The translations under genes were made by a program, and so were the position numbers. Positions 1 to 6,550 of a stretch of DNA of 10,662 nucleotides are shown piece by piece (the first letter of the stretch is position 1; each line of letters opens with the position of its first letter). The DNA lies in IMG/VR virus record IMGVR_UViG_2737471860_000005; one strand, 5' to 3'. The notes under the pieces are model-generated. The model was given only the letters and a program-made list of their open reading frames with translations. It did no database searches and was not told the DNA's origin. This stretch comes from a virus. Its lineage: Duplodnaviria; Heunggongvirae; Uroviricota; Caudoviricetes.

Positions 1-53
1 GGCCATAACAGTATCTACGCAGTACCTGTAATATATTGAATCTGCAGGACTTT

Positions 54-87
54 GTAGGCCAGATAAGGCGTTAATGCCGCATCAGGC
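54..87. repeat. REP (repetitive extragenic palindromic) element in the 3' flank of ybiU
   Basis: GTAGGCCAGATAAGGCGTTAATGCCGCATCAGGC closely matches the enterobacterial REP consensus as I recall it (GTAGGCCGGATAAGGCGTT..CGCCGCATCCGGC), with imperfect dyad symmetry; it lies in an intergenic position downstream of a gene end. Confidence 0.6.
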
Positions 88-169
88 ATTAAGAAAGCGC
101 ACTTGTCAGCAATCTGAGTAACGTCGAATCGATTTTCTTAATCCCACATCAATTCACTTCCATTAACTC

Positions 170-1435
170 TCAAACATCCATGCCCAACGCTCGCTTACCG
201 TGAATGTTGAGGTCGGCAAGCGTAAAGCGTCCTTCCCAGTTTGTTTCATAGTCCTCGCGCGGGAAGTCGCCCGGCGATGCGCCTTTTTCCAGTGCGGCCT
301 TCACCTTGTGCGCGTAGGCAAGATTTTTCTCGCACATCGGTGCCGCAGGAATGTACATCACGTTGCCCCAGCCCTGTTGATTTTCAACGGGGGCAACGGA
401 ATGGATGACGTCGCAGTGCCACCAGACGGAGTCTCCGGCTTCGAGTTTTGGAATGCTGGTTAACGCCTCAATCAACAGTGGATGCCATTGCTCTGATACC
501 GGCAATACTCTTCCGGGCGCTACGCCGCACAGTTCATCCTCCGGCACATCATCAAGCAGCGGACGTAACAGTACGTACGCCATGGCTTCAGGAATGGGCA
601 CGACGTGCAGCAGCCCCTGACCAGGCAGCATATCAGAGAGCGCTGTCCAGCCCTGGAATGTCCGAAACACGGAACATTTGGTGGTGTTGTCCACCGTGTA
701 CTCTTCAACTTCCGTACGATGTGCCGCATGCCAGGGATCATATTGCGCCAGATTGCCATTAAAGACGTTGGCGAAAACGCGCTGATACGCTGGAAGCAGC
801 CAGCGTTCCAGCGCCCCGGAGTCGGTATGCGCTCCAAGACCTTTGGAGGTCGTTCCGGGCGGACGGCGGCGGATACGGTCAGGGTAGATGACGCTCACAT
901 CCGGGTTAAACCATTGCTTTCCATCACTTTCAAATGTCCACAGACGATTGAGAAACGACTGCGCATTCGCCATTTCTTCACTCTGGCGGGCCTGCATTTG
1001 CGCCTGCGACCAGTAGATGGGGTAAATCTCGGGACGTGAAGCGCTGAGCGTCCCGAAGAAATTATCGCCGGGGCCTTTGTAGACCTCGTCAAAGCGGTTG
1101 CGGTCCAGATAGTCCAGCATCGACTGATCCCAGCCTAGCGCTTGTTCGCGGGGGAAATGGCCTTTTATCACCGCACAACCGCGACGTTTAATCTGTTCGC
1201 GCTGATCTGCAGTAACATGACCTGCTTTGATATCGGCATAAGACAGCACCGGCCAGACGGCATCGCCCTGTGCTTTGAGTGCGTTGATTTCAGCCACTCG
1301 CGTGGCAATGTCATCGCTTAGCTGATTAAAGATCTGCTGGACGTCGCCAAGCTGCGCCCGCAGCGCGTGCTTCATCTGACGGATAGCTGCTTTGTGATCG
1401 GCAGGCAATGTGTCGCTGGTAAAAGTAGAAGCCAT
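170..1435 (-). CDS. ybiU: YbiU, DUF1479-family protein of unknown function
   Basis: Long uninterrupted minus-strand ORF; the translation (MASTFTSDTLPADHKAAIRQ...) is recognised as E. coli YbiU. The ORF track starts at GTG 1439-1441, but ATG at 1433-1435 preceded by GAGGTGG is the more likely start, so I give 1435. Confidence 0.88.
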   Translation of the reverse strand: MASTFTSDTLPADHKAAIRQMKHALRAQLGDVQQIFNQLSDDIATRVAEINALKAQGDAVWPVLSYADIKAGHVTADQREQIKRRGCAVIKGHFPREQALGWDQSMLDYLDRNRFDEVYKGPGDNFFGTLSASRPEIYPIYWSQAQMQARQSEEMANAQSFLNRLWTFESDGKQWFNPDVSVIYPDRIRRRPPGTTSKGLGAHTDSGALERWLLPAYQRVFANVFNGNLAQYDPWHAAHRTEVEEYTVDNTTKCSVFRTFQGWTALSDMLPGQGLLHVVPIPEAMAYVLLRPLLDDVPEDELCGVAPGRVLPVSEQWHPLLIEALTSIPKLEAGDSVWWHCDVIHSVAPVENQQGWGNVMYIPAAPMCEKNLAYAHKVKAALEKGASPGDFPREDYETNWEGRFTLADLNIHGKRALGMDV

Positions 1436-1485
1436 AACCACCTCTCATTAACTTTCATTCGAAACCATTCTGATTTGCATGTGAC

Positions 1486-1514
1486 AATATAAGTTATAAA
1501 TAAGTTAATGCAAG
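1486..1514 (-). promoter_or_regulatory. Candidate sigma70 promoter for ybiU
   Basis: On the minus strand: TTGCAT (1514-1509), 17-bp spacer, TATATT (1491-1486), about 45 nt upstream of the ybiU ATG. Hexamer match only, no other support. Confidence 0.25.
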
Positions 1515-1542
1515 TTTAATGATTTGATGTGATGTACAGGAT

Positions 1543-1578
1543 GTAAAAAGAAGGGAAAACCGGAGCGCACGGCTCCGG
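1543..1578 (-). terminator. Rho-independent terminator downstream of ybiV
   Basis: Perfect 7-bp inverted repeat CCGGAGC/GCTCCGG (1560-1566 and 1572-1578) with a 5-nt loop; on the minus strand it is followed directly by a U-rich run (UUUUCCCUUCUUUUU, 1559-1543), 9 nt after the ybiV stop codon. Confidence 0.6.
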
Positions 1579-1586
1579 TAGAGAGG

Positions 1587-2402
1587 TCAGCTGTTAAAAG
1601 GGGATGTGTTATCCAGCACCGCCTGAATCACATTCAGCGCGCCTTCATGATTATTATCATCGGTAGCGTAACGGGCGATTTGTTTAATGTTTTCCGCAGC
1701 ATTGCCCATCGCAAAGGAATAACGCGCCATTTTCAGCATCTCCGCATCGTTACCGCTGTCGCCAATCGCTACCACATTTTGCGGTGACAGATCCCAGCGT
1801 TTCAGTAACCGCGAAATACCGTTTGCTTTATGTAGACCGGGAATAATCAGGTCGATAAAGCCAAAACCACTGGTGACGGGTTTCATAATGCCATCGAGCG
1901 CTATGTGCAGTTTGTCGATCACTAACGGGATTTGTTCATCTGGCAGGTTGAGCGAAAACTTGAACAGTACGTCGTCAATCTCCTGATAATCTTTTACAGC
2001 TTTCAGGCGATGGTAGTGTTTTGCCATCAGTGCGACAAATGCTTCGGGGGCATTTTCGCTGACATATGCACTTTGCAGACCGCAGGCGACAAAATTGAGT
2101 TGCTTATCTTTTAGCAACTCGCCAATAACAATCCGCGATTCATGTCGGGTCAGTTCGCCGTGGAACAGTTGCTTGCCATGTTCGTAAACCAGTGCGCCGT
2201 TTTCCGCGACAAAAGAGATCTCATCCTTTAGCTCAGGAAAGAACGAAATAAGCTGGTAATACTGATTACCGCTGGCGACAACGAACTCAATGCCGCGCTT
2301 TTTCAGTTCCTGATATTGCGCCATAAAACGTGGTTGGTTGTACGTTTTGGCGTCGTTAAGAAAAGTACCGTCCATGTCTGTGACGATAACTTTTACGCTC
2401 AT
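1587..2402 (-). CDS. ybiV: HAD-superfamily (Cof-type) sugar phosphatase YbiV
   Basis: 271-aa ORF with the N-terminal HAD motif DMDGT ([11 protein letters not shown]) and a C-terminal GDSGND motif; recognised as E. coli YbiV. AGGAG lies 7 nt upstream of the ATG. Confidence 0.88.
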   Translation of the reverse strand: MSVKVIVTDMDGTFLNDAKTYNQPRFMAQYQELKKRGIEFVVASGNQYYQLISFFPELKDEISFVAENGALVYEHGKQLFHGELTRHESRIVIGELLKDKQLNFVACGLQSAYVSENAPEAFVALMAKHYHRLKAVKDYQEIDDVLFKFSLNLPDEQIPLVIDKLHIALDGIMKPVTSGFGFIDLIIPGLHKANGISRLLKRWDLSPQNVVAIGDSGNDAEMLKMARYSFAMGNAAENIKQIARYATDDNNHEGALNVIQAVLDNTSPFNS

Positions 2403-2516
2403 AGGTGTGCTCCTGGCTCGAAAATGAAACCGTAACAGTGTAATAACAATGTGACGCAGAGCACAAATTATATTTCGAATGAAAGTAAGGATGAAATTGA
2501 TGATGTGAATGATTTA

Positions 2517-2539
2517 GCCCGGCGACGCCGCAGCCGGGC
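2517..2539 (-). terminator. Hairpin downstream of ybiW, possible weak terminator
   Basis: 7-bp inverted repeat GCCCGGC/GCCGGGC with a 9-nt loop, 9 nt after the ybiW stop. The following minus-strand sequence is only modestly U-rich, so terminator function is uncertain. Confidence 0.3.
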
Positions 2540-2547
2540 CGAAGAGA

Positions 2548-4980
2548 TTACAGCATATGTTCAGTACGAGCGATGATATCGTCCTGAGCGTCTGGAGAGA
2601 GCGCGGTGAAGAAGGCGGAATAACCCGCGACACGCACTACCAGATCGCGGTACTGATCCGGATGTTTTTTCGCCTCCAGCAGCGTTTCGCGGGAAACGAT
2701 GTTGTACTGAATATGCCAGCCTTTATGCACCTCGAAGAAGGTGCGCAGCAGGATCATCAGCTTCTGCTTGTCAGATTCGTTCTCCAGCGTTGCCGGATTC
2801 AGTTTCTGGTTGAGCAACACGCCGCCGAGAATCGCTGCCGTAGGCAGTTTACCCACCGAGCCAATGACCGCAGTAGGGCCGAGATGGTCAGTACCAGAGG
2901 CCGGACTAGCGCCTTCTGCCAGCGGGGTGTGGGCTTTACGCCCGTCCGGCGTTGCCATAGTTTGCGCGCCAAACGGTACGTTAGCGGAGATAGATGACGT
3001 ACCCGCGTAATAGTTGCCGCCAACCGGACCACGACCGTAGCGCGGATTATGGTACTGTTTCAGTTCGTCGATATAGGTCTGATAAGCGCGAGCCAGCAGC
3101 GTATCGACAGTATCATCGTCGTTGCCGTACTTCGGCGCACCGTTAATCAGCCGCTGACGCAGTTGCTCATGAGTCAGGCCATCGAAGTCATCCGCCAGTG
3201 CGGCAGCCAGCTGTTGCTGACCAATCGCGCCCTGTTCAAATACCAGTTTCTTCACTGCCGCCAGGCTGTTGCCGAGGTTGGCAATGCCAACCTGCAGGCC
3301 AGAAACCCAGTCATATTTCGCGCCGCCTTGCTTGATACTTTTCGCTCGCTCAATACAGTCATCCACCAGCGCCGAGCAGAGAATATCGTGCACGTTCTCT
3401 TCCAGCATGGTGTCGACGACATATTCGATTTCGATTGATTTACGCGTGTAATAACGGATTTGCGTATCCCACGCGTCCATTACTTCATCGAAATTGTTAA
3501 AGTTGCCTGCCGACAACGCTTTTTCTTGTGGCAGGAACACTTTGCCGCTGGTGGCATCACGCCCGCCTTCCAGCGCCGCCAGCATCACGCGGGCGAAGTT
3601 GATAAAGCTCATGCCGGTACAGCGATAGCCCCATTTGCCACCGACGGCGGTTTCGATACAACCAATCGCTGCGTAGTCGTAAGCGTCCTGCGGTTCAATA
3701 CCGAGTTTAATAAATTCCGGGATCACGATTTCGTCGTTGTTGAACGCCGGCATCCCGAAGCCGCAACGGATCACCTGTACGCAGGCGTCGAGGAAATCAT
3801 TACTCATTCCTGCATGGTAACGCACGCTGAGGTTAGGCTGAGTGGAACGCAGGCGACCGCAGGATTCGAGGATCGCGTAAGAGAGGGGATTCACTGCATC
3901 CATTGGTTGACCATCAACCAGATTTTGTCCGCCAATGGTAACGTTCTGATACAGCGGACTTCCCGCAGAGGCTTTTGAGTGTGAGCCGGAGCGGATCTTG
4001 TTCACTTCCAGCAGTTTCAGCCAGCAGCTATGTAGCATCTCGATGGCGTGTTCGCGATCCAGCGTCTGGTTGAGTTCAACGTCGCGGCGATAGTACGGGT
4101 AGAGATACTGGTCCATACGACCAAACGATACCGAGTGACCGTTAGATTCGATCTGCAAAATCAATTGGATGAAGTAACACAGTTGCAGCGCCTGCCAGAA
4201 AGTCTGCGGCGGCTGGTGGGCGATAAGATCGCAGTTTTCTGCCATCGTCAGCAGTTCATCGCGACGGCTTTCGCGAGTTTCGGTAGCAGCCATTTCACGC
4301 GCCAGGGCAGCGAAACGTTCAATGTGTTCACTGACTGCCACCAGCACGATATCAATCGCTTTCAGGAATTGTTCGCCATGTAAATCTTCCAGCACCGTCA
4401 GATTGATGCGCGAGCGACGTTCCGCTACTTTCTCACGCAGACCATCAAGACCTTTTTCCAGCAGCAGCGGGAAATTCACCGCCAGGTGCGCATCGCCGGA
4501 GGTCATATTGCCTTCCGCTTTAATGATTCCGGTCGCCAGCAGACCTTTTTGCTCATCGGTAAACATGCCGTAGCAGCGATCCTGTACGGTCTGACCGCGC
4601 CACCACGGGCACACTTCATGCAGAACGCGTTTGTTCTCTTCGCTCACCGCAAAGCCAGCACCGGGACGATCTGCCAGATCATCAATCTCTTTTTCGATCC
4701 ACGAGACAGTATATTCCGGGAAGATCGGCGCGGCGCGAACTTCGCTTGCCTGGTTGCCAATGATCAACTCATCGTGTTTGATCCAGATGGTGCGATTCGC
4801 CAGGTGATGCGCCAGTGCCAGCGCGCGACGTACCGGGATCGGCTTATCGAGATGTTGTTGATACATCTCGGTATAGTGCTGCGCGCGCTCGGTACAGACT
4901 GGCGGTTTCACAATATGCACCAGCGCATTTTTGTGCGCTTTAATGCGGTCGCTGAGCGTGTCCAGTTTCAGTGTGGTCAT
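2548..4980 (-). CDS. ybiW: Glycyl-radical enzyme of the pyruvate formate-lyase family (YbiW/PflF)
   Basis: 810-aa ORF with a C-terminal glycyl-radical signature (VVRVAGYSAFF) about 30 residues from the end; the size and motif fit PFL-family glycyl-radical enzymes. Its ATG (4978-4980) sits 6 nt after the ybiY stop with GAGGA inside the end of ybiY, suggesting translational coupling. Confidence 0.88.
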   Translation of the reverse strand: MTTLKLDTLSDRIKAHKNALVHIVKPPVCTERAQHYTEMYQQHLDKPIPVRRALALAHHLANRTIWIKHDELIIGNQASEVRAAPIFPEYTVSWIEKEIDDLADRPGAGFAVSEENKRVLHEVCPWWRGQTVQDRCYGMFTDEQKGLLATGIIKAEGNMTSGDAHLAVNFPLLLEKGLDGLREKVAERRSRINLTVLEDLHGEQFLKAIDIVLVAVSEHIERFAALAREMAATETRESRRDELLTMAENCDLIAHQPPQTFWQALQLCYFIQLILQIESNGHSVSFGRMDQYLYPYYRRDVELNQTLDREHAIEMLHSCWLKLLEVNKIRSGSHSKASAGSPLYQNVTIGGQNLVDGQPMDAVNPLSYAILESCGRLRSTQPNLSVRYHAGMSNDFLDACVQVIRCGFGMPAFNNDEIVIPEFIKLGIEPQDAYDYAAIGCIETAVGGKWGYRCTGMSFINFARVMLAALEGGRDATSGKVFLPQEKALSAGNFNNFDEVMDAWDTQIRYYTRKSIEIEYVVDTMLEENVHDILCSALVDDCIERAKSIKQGGAKYDWVSGLQVGIANLGNSLAAVKKLVFEQGAIGQQQLAAALADDFDGLTHEQLRQRLINGAPKYGNDDDTVDTLLARAYQTYIDELKQYHNPRYGRGPVGGNYYAGTSSISANVPFGAQTMATPDGRKAHTPLAEGASPASGTDHLGPTAVIGSVGKLPTAAILGGVLLNQKLNPATLENESDKQKLMILLRTFFEVHKGWHIQYNIVSRETLLEAKKHPDQYRDLVVRVAGYSAFFTALSPDAQDDIIARTEHML

Positions 4981-4985
4981 GGTTG

Positions 4986-5340
4986 TTATCCTCGTAAGGT
5001 CGCGGTTAACCCTTTCTGGCAGGCATACTGCTGGGCAAAGTCGAGCAGTTCTGGCGCATCAAGCGGTTTTTCCGGGGCGTCATAGGGCAGATTAAGTAAG
5101 TGATATTTGTTGATGCCCAGCGTGTGGTAGGGCAGAAAATGAATTTCGCCAACGTGCAGCTCGTCGGCGGCAAAATCGGTAATGGCTTTTACAGAGGTTT
5201 CGTCGGCATTAAAGCCCTGAATCAGCGGCACGCGGATAATGATTTTTTTGCCCGCTGCGGCGAGTTTTTTCAGGTTATCCAGCACCCTGGCGGCGTTACC
5301 GTCGGTCCACTGTTTAAACGGCGCGTCGGCAACGTGTTTT
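4986..5340 (-). pseudogene. ybiY: 3' fragment of the glycyl-radical-enzyme activating enzyme gene ybiY (pflE), truncated by prophage insertion
   Basis: The reading frame ending at stop 4986-4988 (...[28 protein letters not shown]...) runs upstream without an ATG to about 5340, where composition switches abruptly to AT-rich phage-end sequence and a stop appears at 5349-5351. The N-terminal part, which should carry the radical-SAM CxxxCxxC motif, is absent from this window. The activase identity rests on gene order next to ybiW and on memory. Confidence 0.75.
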
Positions 5341-5359
5341 AAATATGACTAGGTAATTT

Positions 5360-5491
5360 ATTCAAGATAACCGGGAAAAGATTAAAAAAGACGGGATTTG
5401 ATGGGATTCAATAAGTTAGGTACTGAACGCATTCAAGATAAAACGTACCGAAAACGCTCAACGCCTCGGGAACGATAAAACATTCAAGATA
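5360..5491 (+). repeat. attL transposase-binding-site repeats (L1-L3-like)
   Basis: Three direct copies of the 10-bp core ATTCAAGATA at 5360-5369, 5431-5440 and 5482-5491. The middle copy continues AAAACGTACCGAAAAC, resembling the MuA end-binding consensus that ends in CGAAAA. Confidence 0.6.
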
Positions 5492-5542
5492 GGCGCGCCG
5501 TGTATTTTAAGCCTTTTAAGACATTTCAAAAACATCAGTATG

Positions 5543-5610
5543 GCCTTTAAAAAAGAATTTTAAAGGCACCATGAAGGCAGGTCAATGAAGTTAACCTGCC
5601 TTCGTTTTTA
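5543..5610. terminator. Tandem hairpins at the 3' end of the repressor gene; intrinsic-terminator-like on the plus strand
   Basis: Hairpin A: 10-bp inverted repeat GCCTTTAAAA/TTTTAAAGGC (5543-5552 and 5558-5567), 5-nt loop. Hairpin B: 9-bp stem GAAGGCAGG/CCTGCCTTC (5573-5581 and 5595-5603), 13-nt loop that contains the c stop codon, followed on the plus strand by GTTTTTA (5604-5610). Confidence 0.4.
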
Positions 5611-6106
5611 CACTCTCTGAGAGAATACTAGCTTCAATCTCCGCCAAAATCTCTCTGACTTGCTCGTCGGGCATATCGACCAGCATCAACGCAGCTAGGC
5701 GTTTACGGCCCTCCAGTTGCAGCAATTCTTGATTTTCCTTATCTAACAAGCGTAGCACGGTCTCAACACCTTTCCTTGCGAGCATGTTGGTTAGGGCCTC
5801 TCGTTCCTCATTGGTAAGAAACGAGAGCATTTCAATTAGCTGATCGCCTTGGCTTAAATTACTTTGTAATTCTTGTGTTTTTGGTGAATTTCCGTTACCT
5901 GTTTTTAACCATTCAAGACTAACGCCTTCACTTTCTGCAATGCGTACCAATATGCTTTCACGAGGCTCTGGTGTGTTTCCCTTTTTAAAATAGCTTTGTA
6001 ACGTGTTGATATTTATTCCCCAAGCTCTGGCGGCAGCACTTCTTGATGGATATCGCCTAATAAGATAGGCCATGCGCTCTACGATAGGTTCTTTTGCCTG
6101 CTCCAT
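5591..6106 (-). CDS. c: Prophage repressor (Mu c-like C-terminal region, HTH N-terminal domain)
   Basis: 171-aa ORF transcribed divergently from ner, with GGAGG 7 nt upstream of the ATG. The N-terminal region looks like a helix-turn-helix (SRSAAARAWGININTLQSY). The C-terminal segment LAALMLVDMPDEQVREILAEIE resembles the Mu repressor C-terminal region as I recall it. Position and orientation match Mu c. Confidence 0.7.
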   Translation of the reverse strand: MEQAKEPIVERMAYLIRRYPSRSAAARAWGININTLQSYFKKGNTPEPRESILVRIAESEGVSLEWLKTGNGNSPKTQELQSNLSQGDQLIEMLSFLTNEEREALTNMLARKGVETVLRLLDKENQELLQLEGRKRLAALMLVDMPDEQVREILAEIEASILSESVKTKAG

Positions 6107-6297
6107 AAAAGTACCTCCAGGTATTTTTCTGCTTAAAGGTTCTTTTCTATCTATCTAATTGAATAGAAATGAAATCTTAAAAAACCAATAAAAATACAAA
6201 AAATACCTTGAATAGGTACTTTTTGTGATCTACGATTTTATTCACTCGGATATCCGCGCGAATATCCGAGCGGGTAATTTTGTAGGGTAAAGGAAAG
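6107..6297. promoter_or_regulatory. Divergent early control region (Pc/Pe promoters and operators; possible enhancer)
   Basis: 191-bp AT-rich intergenic region between divergent c and ner. It contains two copies of TTGAATAG (6159-6166 and 6208-6215), the partial palindrome AAAATACC-N7-GGTACTTTT (6200-6224), A-tracts, and a possible rightward promoter TTGAAT (6208-6213), 17-bp spacer, TACGAT (6231-6236). It lies about 770-960 bp from the left end, comparable to the Mu operator/enhancer position. Confidence 0.5.
6245..6270. promoter_or_regulatory. Palindromic operator-like site upstream of ner
   Basis: CTCGGATAT-CCGCGCGA-ATATCCGAG: 9-bp perfect inverted arms. The left arm contains the self-complementary 10-mer CGGATATCCG (6247-6256), and the half-site ATATCCG recurs 12 bp later (6262-6268). 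It sits 28-52 bp upstream of the ner ATG, just downstream of the putative early promoter -10. Confidence 0.45.
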
Positions 6298-6549
6298 ATG
6301 AGACAAAGAGAAGATAGTGGCCGCGATTGGCCTTCGCTGATGATTCAGCAGGCACTCAAAGATAATGGGTGGTCTTCCTTTCGGGAGCTTTCACTCCATG
6401 CAGGTTATGCTCAGGATTCACTGAAAGCGGTAGTTCGTACACCAAACAAAAAATACGAACGCGTTATTTCTGACGCTATAGGTGTCCCGCCAGAAGTCAT
6501 CTGGCCCAGCCGATACCGTAATGATGGAATAATCAGGAAGGCGTCGTGA
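6298..6549 (+). CDS. ner: Ner-like DNA-binding early regulator
   Basis: 83-aa ORF with AAGGAAAG upstream. It contains RDW near the N-terminus and PEVIWPSRY near the C-terminus, both matching phage Mu Ner and the Ner/Nlp family as I recall them. It is the first gene of the rightward early operon. Confidence 0.8.
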   Translation: MRQREDSGRDWPSLMIQQALKDNGWSSFRELSLHAGYAQDSLKAVVRTPNKKYERVISDAIGVPPEVIWPSRYRNDGIIRKAS

Positions 6550-6550
6550 T

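Noticed and set aside
200-1092. Plus- and minus-strand ORFs inside ybiU (200-463, 405-620, 448-762, 520-837, 605-1039, 895-1092)
   Set aside because: They overlap the ybiU coding frame in alternative frames or antisense, with no independent support.
1442-1586. Possible small RNA or gene in the ybiU-ybiV intergenic region
   Set aside because: The region is adequately explained by the ybiV terminator hairpin and a candidate ybiU promoter. There is no ORF and no further conserved structure I can support.
2557-5085. Several plus-strand ORFs of 80-200 aa (2557-2997, 3049-3438, 3460-3978, 4048-4383, 4486-5085)
   Set aside because: All lie antisense within the ybiW coding region, whose identity is well supported by its glycyl-radical motif. 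They are shadow ORFs.
5100-5342. 80-aa plus-strand ORF across the ybiY fragment
   Set aside because: It is antisense to the recognisable ybiY reading frame and ends exactly at the prophage junction; an artefact of the junction.
5401-5478. Short plus-strand ORF (about 25 codons) spanning attL sites 2 and 3
   Set aside because: It is very short, lacks a ribosome-binding site, and its sequence is dictated by the repeated transposase-binding motifs.
5360-5491. Possible CRISPR-like array from the three ATTCAAGATA repeats
   Set aside because: There are only three copies with a 10-bp conserved core and irregular spacing (71 and 51 bp), and they sit at a transposable-phage end next to a transposase. 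Transposase binding sites are the better explanation.
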